Assembly: GCA_001600695.1 (NCBI GenBank)
Contig: BCKQ01000013.1
Span: forward strand, 2,045 to 66,044
Reading direction: 5' to 3'
Origin: Ascoidea asiatica JCM 7603
Lineage: Eukaryota; Fungi; Ascomycota
DNA length: 64,000 bases
Shown here: in pieces, positions 43,986 through 54,735 of the stretch
Layout of the letters: the number at the start of each line of letters is the position of its first letter
How positions within the stretch are numbered: position 1 is the first letter of the stretch
The notes under the pieces: generated by a model
Database searches by the model: none
What the model was told of the DNA's origin: nothing
The model's input: only the letters and a program-made list of their open reading frames with translations
Position numbers and translations under genes: made by a program

Positions 43986-44069
43986 ATGCCAAATCATCAA
44001 TGTTCTTGTTGTTCAGGTCCTGAATGTCATTGTACTTCCTCTTGTAGTAGTTGTGGAGCTAAAAAATAG
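43986..44069 (+). CDS. Small fungal metallothionein MT-C, 27 aa: MPNHQCSCCSGPECHCTSSCSSCGAKK
   Basis: Hand translation: caaaATG, 7 Cys + 2 His, and the same CxC-x5-CxC-x3-C-x2-C spacing as MT-A/B. Size and pattern resemble Neurospora-type Cu-thioneins. Confidence 0.85.
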   Translation: MPNHQCSCCSGPECHCTSSCSSCGAKK

Positions 44070-44307
44070 TTGAATCTTCTAGTTGCTTTTAGATTCAATA
44101 TTATGATGCTTTTAAATATTATTATTTTTTCAATTCAGATTATTTTCCTAATAGAAAATTAAAAAAAACTCTTTAAATAAACTTTTTTAAAAATTACTTC
44201 TTTTATTAAATATATATTTATTTATATTACTTTTTAACAATAAAATTTATTCGATTCTTTTCTTATAGATATACTGAATCAATCTTGTAATTTTATATAA
44301 TGTTAAA

Positions 44308-44919
44308 TCACATCATTTTAGCATTTGAAAAATCCATTTCTGGATGTTGAGCTTTGAATTTTTCTAATAATGCCATTCTATCATTTTCTTTTAATTGATT
44401 TGAATTTGAATTTGATTTTGAATTACTATTTGCTTTTTTCTTTAATTCAAATTCAATTTTTTGTTTTTCTCTTTGTTCAAACATCATTTTTTCAACTAAA
44501 CCTCTTGATTCATCATCCAAATCACTTAATTTAGAATTATCAGGTTCAATTCTTCTTACATCAATTTTTGGTGCTGAGATTATTATATGTGGCCACCATT
44601 GTGATTTAATTTTAATTAAAGTAATTTCAACTTCTTTTCTATCAATTATTGACCATGTTGATTCAAATGAATTAATCTCTGCAAATAATTTATCATTCAT
44701 TAATTCTTTATTATTTTCTGAAAGTACTTTAACACAAATTTCATTTTTTTTAATGTTTATATATAAATCTTTAGCTCTTGTTCCATTTGGTACTTTGAAA
44801 TTTATACTAATATCTTCAAGAGTTTGTTTCCAAGTATATGGCAAAGTTGATTGTTCTTGTTTTTCTTTAGCTATGGCTTCTGGCGATCTATCTACTTCTG
44901 CTGCTAAATCTGATGACAT
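44308..44919 (-). CDS. NUDC: NudC-family Hsp90 co-chaperone (CS domain)
   Basis: YTWKQT, WWPHII, IEPDNSKLSDLDDESRGLVEKMMFEQR and KFKAQHPEMDFSNAK. Confidence 0.93.
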   Translation of the reverse strand: MSSDLAAEVDRSPEAIAKEKQEQSTLPYTWKQTLEDISINFKVPNGTRAKDLYINIKKNEICVKVLSENNKELMNDKLFAEINSFESTWSIIDRKEVEITLIKIKSQWWPHIIISAPKIDVRRIEPDNSKLSDLDDESRGLVEKMMFEQREKQKIEFELKKKANSNSKSNSNSNQLKENDRMALLEKFKAQHPEMDFSNAKMM

Positions 44920-44996
44920 TTTTAAATATATTGAAGTATAATATAGTATTATATAGTATATGATAAGCCTATTAAAGATAATTAAACTGATAACTG

Positions 44997-45000
<4 letters not shown>

Positions 45001-45056
<56 letters not shown>
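45001..45056. repeat. (ACTT)14 microsatellite upstream of NudC
   Basis: Read directly from the sequence. Confidence 0.95.
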
Positions 45057-45318
45057 TATAATTTTGTTTTTATCTTATAATTTTGAAAAATTTAGCTTTA
45101 TTTATGAAAGGTCCGTTGTTGATAGATAAAAGGTTAAAGTCAAAATGCGATTAAGAGACTATTTTGTTGATAAATATCAATGTTCTACAATTATCTAGAA
45201 AACTTACAGAATCCTCAGCATTACTTGAGTCAATTTCACTATTGATATTTATATTTAAAGTAAAAAAAAAAATACAAGAAAACTATAAACAGGATAAAGA
45301 ATGAATTCATTCAAAATT

Positions 45319-47067
45319 TTAATTTTTACTATTTTCATCAATCTCAGGATCTTTGATATCAGGATCTTTAACACTATTAACATCATAAACTAATAAATTT
45401 TTAGTTACTCTATCATGAAGAATAAATTCTGAAGTCCAAGCACTATTTTTTTCTAAACCTGCTTTAACCCATCTTTTTGGCCAATCATTTTCTTCTTCAA
45501 TTGCAGAAAATTTATCAATATTATTATCAAATTTTCTTGTTTTACCTTCAACAACTGCAGTTGTCATTTTACCATATTCATCAATTAATTTATAACGATT
45601 ATAAAATCTATAAATACGTCTTGGAATATTTGTAAAACCAATTAAATTTGGAACTGGAAATACAATTACAGGTTGTTGAAAATATGGTGGAATATCATCA
45701 TCAGTTGGAATTTTTTTGAATTCTTTTTCTTCATTTGTAAAATTTAAATATTTCTCTAATTCTTTTGGAATTGTACCTTTTGTTTCAAAATCTTCTCTTT
45801 TTATAAATGGTTTTGGTACTTTAATTTCAGGTTTTTTCTCTTCCTCATCATCTTCACTCTTTTTTTCTTTATCAATTTCACTATTTTCACTATTTTTATC
45901 AGTTAAATAATCTTCTGAAATATTTTTACTTTCAGATTCTACTTTATTATCCTCAATGATTATCTTATCTGAATTTGTATCAGTTTTGTCTGCAGATTGT
46001 ATATCCTTTTCAAGAATATCATCAAGAGATTCAATTTTAGGAACTTTTATTTGCTCTAAAGGAATATTTGATTCTTTATTTTCTTCAATTTTTTTATTCT
46101 CTGATAATTCTTTGGTTTCTGCTGACTTTTTAGATTCTTCAGAATTTTCATTTAATAATTCAGGTGGTGCATCTAAAGGACCAAGTAAACCTTCTTGAAT
46201 TCCAGTTATATATTCTTTATAAGTACCTCTACCAATACATATTACTCCTCCAACTTTATTTATATCATTATTTAAAGCATCTTCGGATTTAATTTTTTCA
46301 ATTTTATTTGGCAAATGATTTAAATTATTATAATAAATACCTAAGATATTTTTTGAATTTGATAAATTTTCTTTGAATTTTAAAGTTTTTTCTAATTCAA
46401 TTTCATCTTCTAATTTTTTTATTGATTTTTTAAAATTAAATAAATTTTTAAAAGAATTAAAAATTTTATAATTTATTGAATTTGTTTTATCATTTTCCTC
46501 ATTAATTTTTTTTAAATTTAACTCATCTTCAATAATTTTTTTCCTTAAATCTCTAATATCTTGTGATACTTTTGCTCTAATTTCACCTTGTCTATTTTCA
46601 GTAATTAATAAAAAATCAATTGCAGATGAATTTAAAATTGGTTTAATATATTTTTTAAAAATTTTTAAACTTTCATCTAAATAATCATCAGGTGGTGGAG
46701 ATATAAAAATTGTTAAAGATCTATTTAAATGATTTGTTTCTAAAGGTAAATTTGAATATGGTTTAACATAATTTTTCCATTTTAATCTATTTTTTTTTTG
46801 TTTATAATTATCATTAATTGCACCTCCAATAAATATACCACATACAGACCAAAAAATTAACCAATTTCTTGAGGGAATTCGAATTCTATTTATTCCCATC
46901 ATTTTTAAAGCAGGATTAGAATACCCTTTTGATCTTGCTTTGGTTGTAGATGATTCTGTCACTGTCTTCGCATCATTTTTAATATCATTCTTTATATCAG
47001 CTTTAATACCAGCTTTAATATCAGATTTAAGATCCTGCTTCACTTCAGGCTTAGTTGGTTCAGACAT
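45319..47067 (-). CDS. TIM54: Mitochondrial TIM22 complex subunit Tim54
   Basis: GYSNPALKMMGI...PSRNWLIFW, ISPPPDDYLD, GGVICIGRGTYKEYITGIQEGLLGPL and LIGFTNIPRRIYRF. Confidence 0.95.
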   Translation of the reverse strand: MSEPTKPEVKQDLKSDIKAGIKADIKNDIKNDAKTVTESSTTKARSKGYSNPALKMMGINRIRIPSRNWLIFWSVCGIFIGGAINDNYKQKKNRLKWKNYVKPYSNLPLETNHLNRSLTIFISPPPDDYLDESLKIFKKYIKPILNSSAIDFLLITENRQGEIRAKVSQDIRDLRKKIIEDELNLKKINEENDKTNSINYKIFNSFKNLFNFKKSIKKLEDEIELEKTLKFKENLSNSKNILGIYYNNLNHLPNKIEKIKSEDALNNDINKVGGVICIGRGTYKEYITGIQEGLLGPLDAPPELLNENSEESKKSAETKELSENKKIEENKESNIPLEQIKVPKIESLDDILEKDIQSADKTDTNSDKIIIEDNKVESESKNISEDYLTDKNSENSEIDKEKKSEDDEEEKKPEIKVPKPFIKREDFETKGTIPKELEKYLNFTNEEKEFKKIPTDDDIPPYFQQPVIVFPVPNLIGFTNIPRRIYRFYNRYKLIDEYGKMTTAVVEGKTRKFDNNIDKFSAIEEENDWPKRWVKAGLEKNSAWTSEFILHDRVTKNLLVYDVNSVKDPDIKDPEIDENSKN

Positions 47068-47392
47068 GACTGATCCAGTATTCTAATCAAAGCCTTATTC
47101 AATAGCCAGTTCTATATATATTTTAAATATTCACTTCTTTGCAGTCCTCAGATTCAGCTTCTTTTGCTTCTTCTGCTTCAAACTTTTCACTTCAATTTAT
47201 TTCTTAAAAATGGGGTCCGGCTGCCCAGCCCCAAATACGACCAATTATCACGTTTTTTTATTAGAAATCCGAGGTCAAATTGCCCTTGAAAATAAATTCT
47301 GCATTTTATACGTCAATATACCTACGGTAAAGGCCACCCACATATTTGGACTCTTTTGTCACGCCCATGTTTGTGGTCTCAATAACAACTAC

Positions 47393-47458
47393 CACGTGAC
47401 CTCTACTTTCTAGAGTTTTCTCCATGTCTGAGTCTGGTCGGATTCTTCTAGAATATTC
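47393..47458. promoter_or_regulatory. STI1 promoter: perfect 3-unit heat-shock element plus Cbf1-type E-box
   Basis: TTCTAGAATATTC at 47446-47458 (TTCnnGAAnnTTC), an imperfect TTCTAGAGTTTTC near 47408, and CACGTGAC at 47393-47400. STI1 is an established Hsf1 target in yeasts. Confidence 0.75.
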
Positions 47459-47694
47459 AATCCTCATTTTCCAAACTATTCTCAAACTGCATACTGGCAT
47501 CAAAATAAAACAATCATGAAAATTGTCAAATCTTTAAAATAAGATTGGAATAAGGAATCTAACTTTCAGAAAATAATATAAAAATTGATAACAAGAACTA
47601 TATATTTTTTTATAACCAATTGAAATTCCTAGAATTAAAATCTTATTAATCCTATTTATCAATTTATATAATATTAAATAATAATCATATCAAA

Positions 47695-49575
47695 ATGTCT
47701 ACAGCCGATGAAGTAAGTAATTTTTTTCTAGTTTTGTCTCTGTTGAAGGCAAATTTTTCAATATAAATAATTTTTTTTCAATAAAATTAATTTTACTAAC
47801 ATATTTTTTCTCTTTTATAGTTAAAAGCTTTAGGTAATAAAGCATTCTCCTCAAAAGATTTCAATAAAGCAATTGATTATTTCACAAAAGCTATTGAAGT
47901 TTCTGAAACTCCAAATCATGTATTATATTCAAATCGTTCAGCATGTTTTACATCTTTAGAAAAATATGATAAAGCATTAACTGATGCTGAAGAATGTGTT
48001 AAAATTAATCCAAAATGGGCAAAAGGTTATAATAGAATTGCTGCTGCTCAATTTGGTTTAAATAATTTAGATCAATCTCAATCTGCTTATGAAAATGCTT
48101 TAAAAATTGACTCAAATAATATTATGGCCAAAAATGGTTTAAAAGATATTGAAAAAAAATTGAATGAAAAAGATAATTTAAATGATTTTGGTATTGGTTC
48201 AAAGTTAAATGATCCAAATTTAATTGAAAATTTAAAAAAAAATCCAAAAACAAAAGAATTAATGAATGATCCAAGTTTTATTACTAAACTTCAAAAAGTT
48301 TCTAAAAATCCTCAATTAATGGCAACTGAAATGATGTCTGATCCAAGATTTATGACTGTTATGGGTGTTTTATTAGGTATTGATCTTGATATGGTAAATC
48401 CTTCAAATAATTCAAATCCTTCAAATACTTCCGAAAATACTTCTTCAAATATTCCTGAAGATGTTGAAATGAAAGATTCTAATTTTGAAAATGAAAAATT
48501 TGAACCAATACCAGAACCAATTAAAAAAGAATCAAAACCTGTACCAAAACCTGAACCTGTAAAAGAATCAAAACCAGAATCTGTTGATGATTCAAAATCT
48601 AAAGCTGATGCTGAAAAACAATTAGGTAATACTCTTTATAAAAAACGTCAATTTGATGAAGCAATTGAACATTATGAAAATGCTTGGAATATTCATCAAG
48701 ATATAACTTATTTAAATAATCGTGCTGCTGCTGAATTTGAGAAAAAAGATTATGAATCTTGTATTAAAACTTGTGAAAAAGCTGTTGAAAAAGGAAGAGA
48801 ATTAAGAGCCGATTATAAAACTGTTTCAAAATCTTTTTCAAGAATTGGTAATGCTTATTTAAAATTAGAAAATTATAAAGAAGCTTGTCTTTATTTCGAT
48901 AAATCTTTAACTGAACATAGAACTCCAGAAGTTTTAAATAAATTAAGATCAACTCAAAAATTATTAAAAAAATTTGAAGCTGAACAATATATAAATCCAG
49001 AAAAAGCTGAAGAAGCTAGAATTTCTGGTAAAGAATATTTTCAAAAAGCTGATTGGCCAAAAGCTGTTGAAGCTTATACTGAAATGATTAAAAGATCTCC
49101 AGATGATGCAAGAGGTTATTCAAATAGAGCTGCTGCTTTAGCTAAATTAATGTCATTCCCTGAAGCTGTTAAAGATTGTGATTTAGCTATATCAAAAGAT
49201 CCTTCTTTCTTAAGAGCTTATATTAGAAAAGCAAATGCTCAAATAGCAATGAGAGAATTTTCTGGTTGTATTGATACTTTAGAAAAAGCTAAATTAAAAG
49301 ATACTGATGGTAAATTTAATTATGAAATTGATGAATTATATCAAAAAGCAATGAGTCAAAGATTTGCAGCTCTTGATGGTGAAACTGAAGAACAAAAAAT
49401 GGAAAGAATTCAGAAAGATCCAGAAGTTATAGAAATTTTACAAGATCCTGTTATGCAAAGTATTTTAGGACAAGCAAGAGATAATCCTGCTGCTCTTGGT
49501 GAACATATGAAAAATCCGCAAGTAAATAAAAAAATTATGACTTTAATTGCTGCCGGTATAATTCGTACCAGATAA
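47695..49575 (+). CDS. STI1: Hsp70/Hsp90 organising co-chaperone Sti1/Hop; join(47695..47712,47821..49575), 590 aa
   Basis: Exon 1 encodes MSTADE. Exon 2 (LKALGNKAFSSKDF...) is in frame with track ORF 48124 and restores TPR1; TPR2A/2B and DP domains follow. Confidence 0.96.
47713..47820 (+). other. Spliceosomal intron in STI1 (108 nt)
   Basis: GTAAGT donor, TACTAAC at 47794-47800, TAG acceptor, phase 0. Confidence 0.93.
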
Positions 49576-49999
49576 GCTAAATGTCCATACTTAATTTTTA
49601 TTTCTAATTTCCTTTTATCTATTGATTATGTATTTTTTTAAAATCCCCATATTTTTTATATAGTTTATTTATTAATTCAAAATTTCAAGTGCAAAATTTA
49701 TTAACTCTGAAGTTGTAATCCACCTTTAAATTCTATATTTCTAAACCATGATATCCTTAATGCATTATAAATAACTTTCAATATAATATATGTGTAATAT
49801 TTCCAAGAAGAGAAAACAAATTTCAAAAAATCCAACACTATAAAGCTAAAATAGAATATATACATAAATCTGAATAAAATACAATTATTGCTAATATTAT
49901 TATTTTCAATATCATCAAAAAAAAAAGTATTATTTCTTACTTTACTGGGCTCCAAGCTCTATTGATACAATGAAGAATGTCAATTACATTTAATTTGAT

Positions 50000-52900
50000 T
50001 TATTTTTCCATATCTATATCTTTATCCTCTTTCTCAACTCTTTCCGGTTTAGCCAGATTCTCATCTTTTTGAGTCTCGTCCTCTATAACTTTCAATTTCA
50101 GCAATTCGTGTTCCTTTTCCAGTTCAGATTCCTTTTCTAATTCTTTCTCTCTAGCCTTTTCTCTTTTTTGAAGTTCATTTTTTTCAGCTTTTTTCTCTTC
50201 CCTTTCTTTTCTACGTTTCTTTTTTGCATCAAGCTCATGCCATTCCTCTTTGTCCGCCAAAAAAGTTAATGGAAGTGGCTCTGGCTCTTCTTTGAAAAAA
50301 TTATGCTGTAATGCCTCACTAGCAGTAAACCTATTTTTAGGTGTTAGTGAAAGTAAGTTTTCTGCTAATTCAAAGCATGATTCAGACGGTAGATATTTTC
50401 TGTACATTTCCCTAAATATACAAGGAAATTGAGATTTAGGTCTAAGTATTTCAAACCAAGGTAAGCACTCAATTCCTGCCCAAGAATAAGGATTTGGAGT
50501 TCCCATAATCTTATAAATGGATATTAGCTGATGAACTTCATCCATACCTTTGAATATTGCAGTTCTTGTAAATAGTTCTACTAATATACAACCAATTCCC
50601 CATATATCAACCTCTCTTCCATAATTTGTTGACCCAAGTAATAGTTCGGGAGGTCTATACCATAAAGTTATAACTCTATTTGTATAATCTGGGGATTCAG
50701 TTGGTTTCACTGATTTCATTTTTCTTGCCAACCCAAAATCTGCTATTTGAATATTACCATTATTATCTATTAATATATTAGAGCCCTTAATATCTCTATG
50801 AATAACTCTTCTTGAGTGTAAATAATCTATTCCTTCTAATAACTGTTTGAATAAAAATTTACAATTTGCAACAGATAAAGAAATATCAGGATGACTTAAC
50901 AAACCAGTTAAGTCATGGCTCATATAATTGAATACCATATATATTGAATTTCCTTCGACCATCATTTCTAATAAAGAAACTATATTTGGATGATTAAAAG
51001 ATTGCAATATTTTTATTTCTCTTATGGATGTTATTGGAAAACCTTCTCTTTCCCCTTCTAATCTTAATCGTTTCAAAGCCACATATTCACCCGTTATTGT
51101 ATTTTTAGCTTTGTAAACTTTTCCATAAGTTCCTTCACCAACTTGCTGAATTCTTTCATATATTTGTTGTTTTCTTTTTACTGTTAGGGATGTCAAATTT
51201 TCTTTACGTAAAATTTTTTCTTCTTCTACTTTTTTTTCCACTTTTTTCGGTGTTGATAGATGAATAGATTTTGTGGACGATGTGGAAGTAGATCTTACTC
51301 TTGATATGCTACTACTACTACTACTACTACTTTTGGAAGTCATGCTACCTTTGGGCCCTTTAGGTAAATTGCTTAAGTTGAAAAACTTTTTTATTTCTGG
51401 AGTTCTTGTTTTTGTTTTAAATACATTCGAAGTTTTGGATAATGTTGATAATGGCTTTGGATTAACTTTAGATTTGGTGATTGAATTCAGATCAGAACTT
51501 GGATTGGATTTCAGATTGGATTTAAGATTGGATTTCAGATTGGAACTAATATTGGAGGTCTGACTAGAAGCTAGATTTGATTTAGAATTATAGGAATGTC
51601 TATTATTATAATCTTTATTATTCGAATATGAAGAAGTGGAATGAGGAGGAGAAGCATTGGAACTAGAAGGTGGATAGTAGGTATTTTGTCTTTTTGGAGC
51701 ATAGGAAGAAGAATTTGGAACATAATGGCCGTGAGAAGTTTTAGTTTTACCATCATATACTTCTTTATATGAGTAGCCTGAAGTGGAACCTTTTTCATAT
51801 TTATTATCATATTTTTTATCATAATTACTCTCATACTTATTACTATATTTTTTATCGTACTTTGTGTCATATTTTGTGTCATATTTTGAATCATATTTTG
51901 GGTCTGGCTTTGTATCATATTTTGCGTCAGGCTTTGTATCATATTTAGATTCATATTTGGAAGGATATTTGGAATCGTATTTTGAGTTATAGCGGGTATC
52001 ATGTTTGGTATCATACTCAGATTCATATTTGCTATCGTACTTAGTGTCGTACTTACTATCATACTTGGAATTATACTTGGAATCATATTTGGGATCATGT
52101 TTGGAATCAGCTTTACTTTCATATTTCGAGTCATATTTACTTTCATATTTGCTATCGTATTTACTTTCATGATCATATTTGCTATCTTTGTCATATTTAC
52201 TATTGTATTTGGATTCATATCTGATATCATGATCATACTTAGAATCATATTTGGAATCATATTTGGAATCATATTTGGAATCATATTTGGAATCATATTT
52301 AGAGTCATGTTTGGAATCATATTTGGAATCATATTCACTATTACGATCATATTTGGAATCATATTTAAAATCATAAATAATATCTTTATTTGTGTCAAAT
52401 ATTAAATCTTTTTTAGCAAAAATTTTTGAAACACTCTTTGAAATAGTTTTTGAATTATTTTTTAAAATACTTTTTGGATTATTTTTTGGATTATTTTTTA
52501 TAGTAAAAGTAGTATTATCATAAGTTTTAAAGAATTTACTCATTTTACTATAAGAATTATTAGAAGAATCTAATTTTTTTTCATCTAATTTTTCATCAAT
52601 TTGAGATTTATCATTTGTAATTTCACTTTTGTTTTCACTTTTATTTTCAACTTTATTATATTCTTCAAAAGCACTATTTGAATGCTTCATATCCTCATAC
52701 TTTTTATCATCGTAGTTTTTATCATCATATTTTTGATCATTATATTTCCTATCATTGTATTTCTTGTTATTATATTTTTGATCATCATATTTTTTAGAGT
52801 CGTAAGGTTTGTCATAAGATTTGTCATAGGCTTTATAATTTTTAAAATCTTTATCCTTATAATCTTTATAATCCTTATCTTTATAGTCTTTATAACTTTT

Positions 52901-53711
52901 ATAATCTTTTTCCTTATAGTCTTTGTCTTTATCTTTATAGTCTTTATCTCTGTAATCTTTTGAATATAGACTTTTATTTTTATTATAAGAATTATATTTA
53001 GAATTAGATGAATAATTATGAGTATCTTTATGTAATATATTTTTATCTGAATTATAAGAAGTATTATTGTTATTATTTACATTATTATTTGAATGACCAT
53101 TTGAATAATTAGATGAATAAGAAGGTTTTAAATCATTTTTATTATTTGGTAAAGCTAAAGAAGATTTTTGTTTTTTTAAAGGTATTGAAATTTTATTTGT
53201 ATTTGAATTATTTGAATTATTTGAGATATTTGGAATATTGTCATCAGATAATTGATTTGAATGTCTTTTTTGAGGAATAATTGAATCTAAAATTTATCAA
53301 AAATTAAAGGATTAAAGAAAAACAGAAAAAAATAAAAAAAATTTGTTAGTAAGATTATTTCTTTTGAAGATTTTGAAATATTTGTCTCTTCATTATATTA
53401 TTGGTTTATTACTTTAGTTCTTCAGTTCTTTAGTTCACTTGACATTTCACTAACCCCTTATTACTCATTTTTTATATTTTTCTTACCAAACTTGGAAACA
53501 AAAAACAGAAACCAGAAAGTAATTTGATTGAATTCATCATTATATTTTCGAGGAAATAAAAGAAATAATTAGTAATATTTGTCAATAATTAGAGAACTAA
53601 TGATCTAAAGAAAAATATGAGATAAAGAAGAAGTAATAATAGATAATAAATAAAAATGAGATGGATATAATTAAGTTACATACTTTTTTTATCACTAATA
53701 GCAGTACGCAT
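50000..53711 (-). CDS. CTK1: CTD kinase I catalytic subunit Ctk1; join(53711..53684,53286..50000), ~1104 aa
   Basis: Kinase motifs QVGEGTYGKVYKA, EREGFPITSIREIKILQSF, HRDIKGSN and DYTNRVITLWYRPPELLLG. The frame stays open ~198 codons upstream of the track ATG, up to a TAG acceptor. Exon 1 (MRTAISDKK + 1 nt) matches the phase. Kinase identity is secure; exon 1 is inferred. Confidence 0.9.
51790..52960 (-). repeat. Coding tandem repeats in the Ctk1 N-terminal arm: 12-bp (KYDS)n array plus DKDYK/KYxD units
   Basis: Repeated atcatatttgga-type units on the + strand, roughly 40-45 degenerate tetrapeptides at ~51790-52370, with further Tyr/Asp/Lys repeats at ~52690-52960. Confidence 0.9.
53287..53683 (-). 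other. Predicted spliceosomal intron in CTK1 (397 nt)
   Basis: Minus-strand GTATGT at 53683, TACTAAC at 53351-53345, a pyrimidine tract, and the first downstream AG at 53288-53287. The phase-1 join gives AAT. Confidence 0.8.
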
Positions 53712-54251
53712 CACTGATATCAATTAAATCAATGAATGAATGAATGAATTAATCAATGATTTAATTAATTAGTTGATGATAATTGATAATAATTGATAAA
53801 TGATAATTGATATAAAGCAATATGACAGCAATATTATAATTTTGAATAATGAAACAATCAATTTGAGTAAATTCAGAAATTGCTTTTAAAATTGATTCAA
53901 AAATGGGATAAAGGATGAATTTGATTTCATTAATATATTTTATTGACTGTATATATTTTATAGAGTTACTTTTATTATTTTATATAATTATCTTTAATTA
54001 ATTATTATTTGAGTAATTTTTGATAGAATAAATTTGATAAATTTGAATAAATTTGAATAATTTTGGATAATTTTGGATAATTTTGATGGATTAGTTAAAT
54101 CTATTGGAATAAATTCAAATATATTCTCTCTGGTTCAGCGCTAGTTTATTGAGCAAAATAAAGGTTTCAGTGCTAAAGAAGCGGTAAAGCGTTGGGAGAG
54201 GAGAGGGCCGGGTGACTGTGAAAACAGGCACAAAACACAAGGAAAATAAAC

Positions 54252-54316
54252 AAGAAGAAGAAGAAGAAGAAGAAGAAGAAGAAGAAGAAGAAGAAGATGA
54301 TGATGATGATGATGAA
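54252..54316. repeat. Compound (GAA)n(GAT)n microsatellite, intergenic
   Basis: Read directly from the sequence. Confidence 0.9.
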
Positions 54317-54462
54317 TATATTGATTGAAGAAAAAGAAGAAGAAGAAGAGAAGAAAAAGATGTTTATTAGTTAGGTTACCAACAATGGTTTAATGGCTTA
54401 TTACAAAGACAGAGAGAGATATATAATATATATGGATATGTGAGGGAAGAGTACTATAATAT

Positions 54463-54735
54463 TCAAATTAAAGTATTAGCAATGAATATAAGATTTAATA
54501 AAATACTTAAAATGAAAACAGCAAAAGCACTTTGAATATAAATATTACTTTTTAATTCTTTAATTAAAAGTTCTTGAATTTGATCACCAGCAACTGATTT
54601 AACTGCATCTTCACTAATATCTTTAATTTTAGATTTTGCAATATCATCAATATTATCAATTTTTATATCATCAATTTTTGATTCTTTTTGAATTTCATTC
54701 ATTTTTTCAGATGCTAAATCTTTTAAAAAACTCAT
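54463..54735 (-). CDS. Hypothetical 90-aa protein with a single C-terminal hydrophobic helix (tail-anchored-like)
   Basis: aaaaATG context, host-like AT-ending codons, a charged K/D/E N-terminal part and the TM segment AFAVFILSILLNLIFIA at the extreme C-terminus. It sits alone in a 2.3-kb gap. Confidence 0.7.
   Translation of the reverse strand: MSFLKDLASEKMNEIQKESKIDDIKIDNIDDIAKSKIKDISEDAVKSVAGDQIQELLIKELKSNIYIQSAFAVFILSILLNLIFIANTLI

Noticed and set aside
45001-45056. (GTAA)n on the NudC sense strand as an array of 5' splice sites
   Set aside because: No TACTAAC branch point before the ATG. Treated as a simple microsatellite.
45181-45215. Heat-shock element for NudC
   Set aside because: Only a degenerate TTC..CAA..ATC..GAA pattern, too weak to call.
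51571-52963. ORFs 51571..52398 (MIPN repeats), 52001..52405 and 52682..52963
   Set aside because: Other-frame and antisense readings of the Ctk1 repeat arm.
53440-53490. Alternative CTK1 first exon (ATGAGTAATAAGGG/GTTAGT) or a 4-nt micro-exon before GTAAGA
   Set aside because: Both give the wrong phase at the 53287 acceptor and hit an early stop. The GTATGT donor at 53683 fits the frame.
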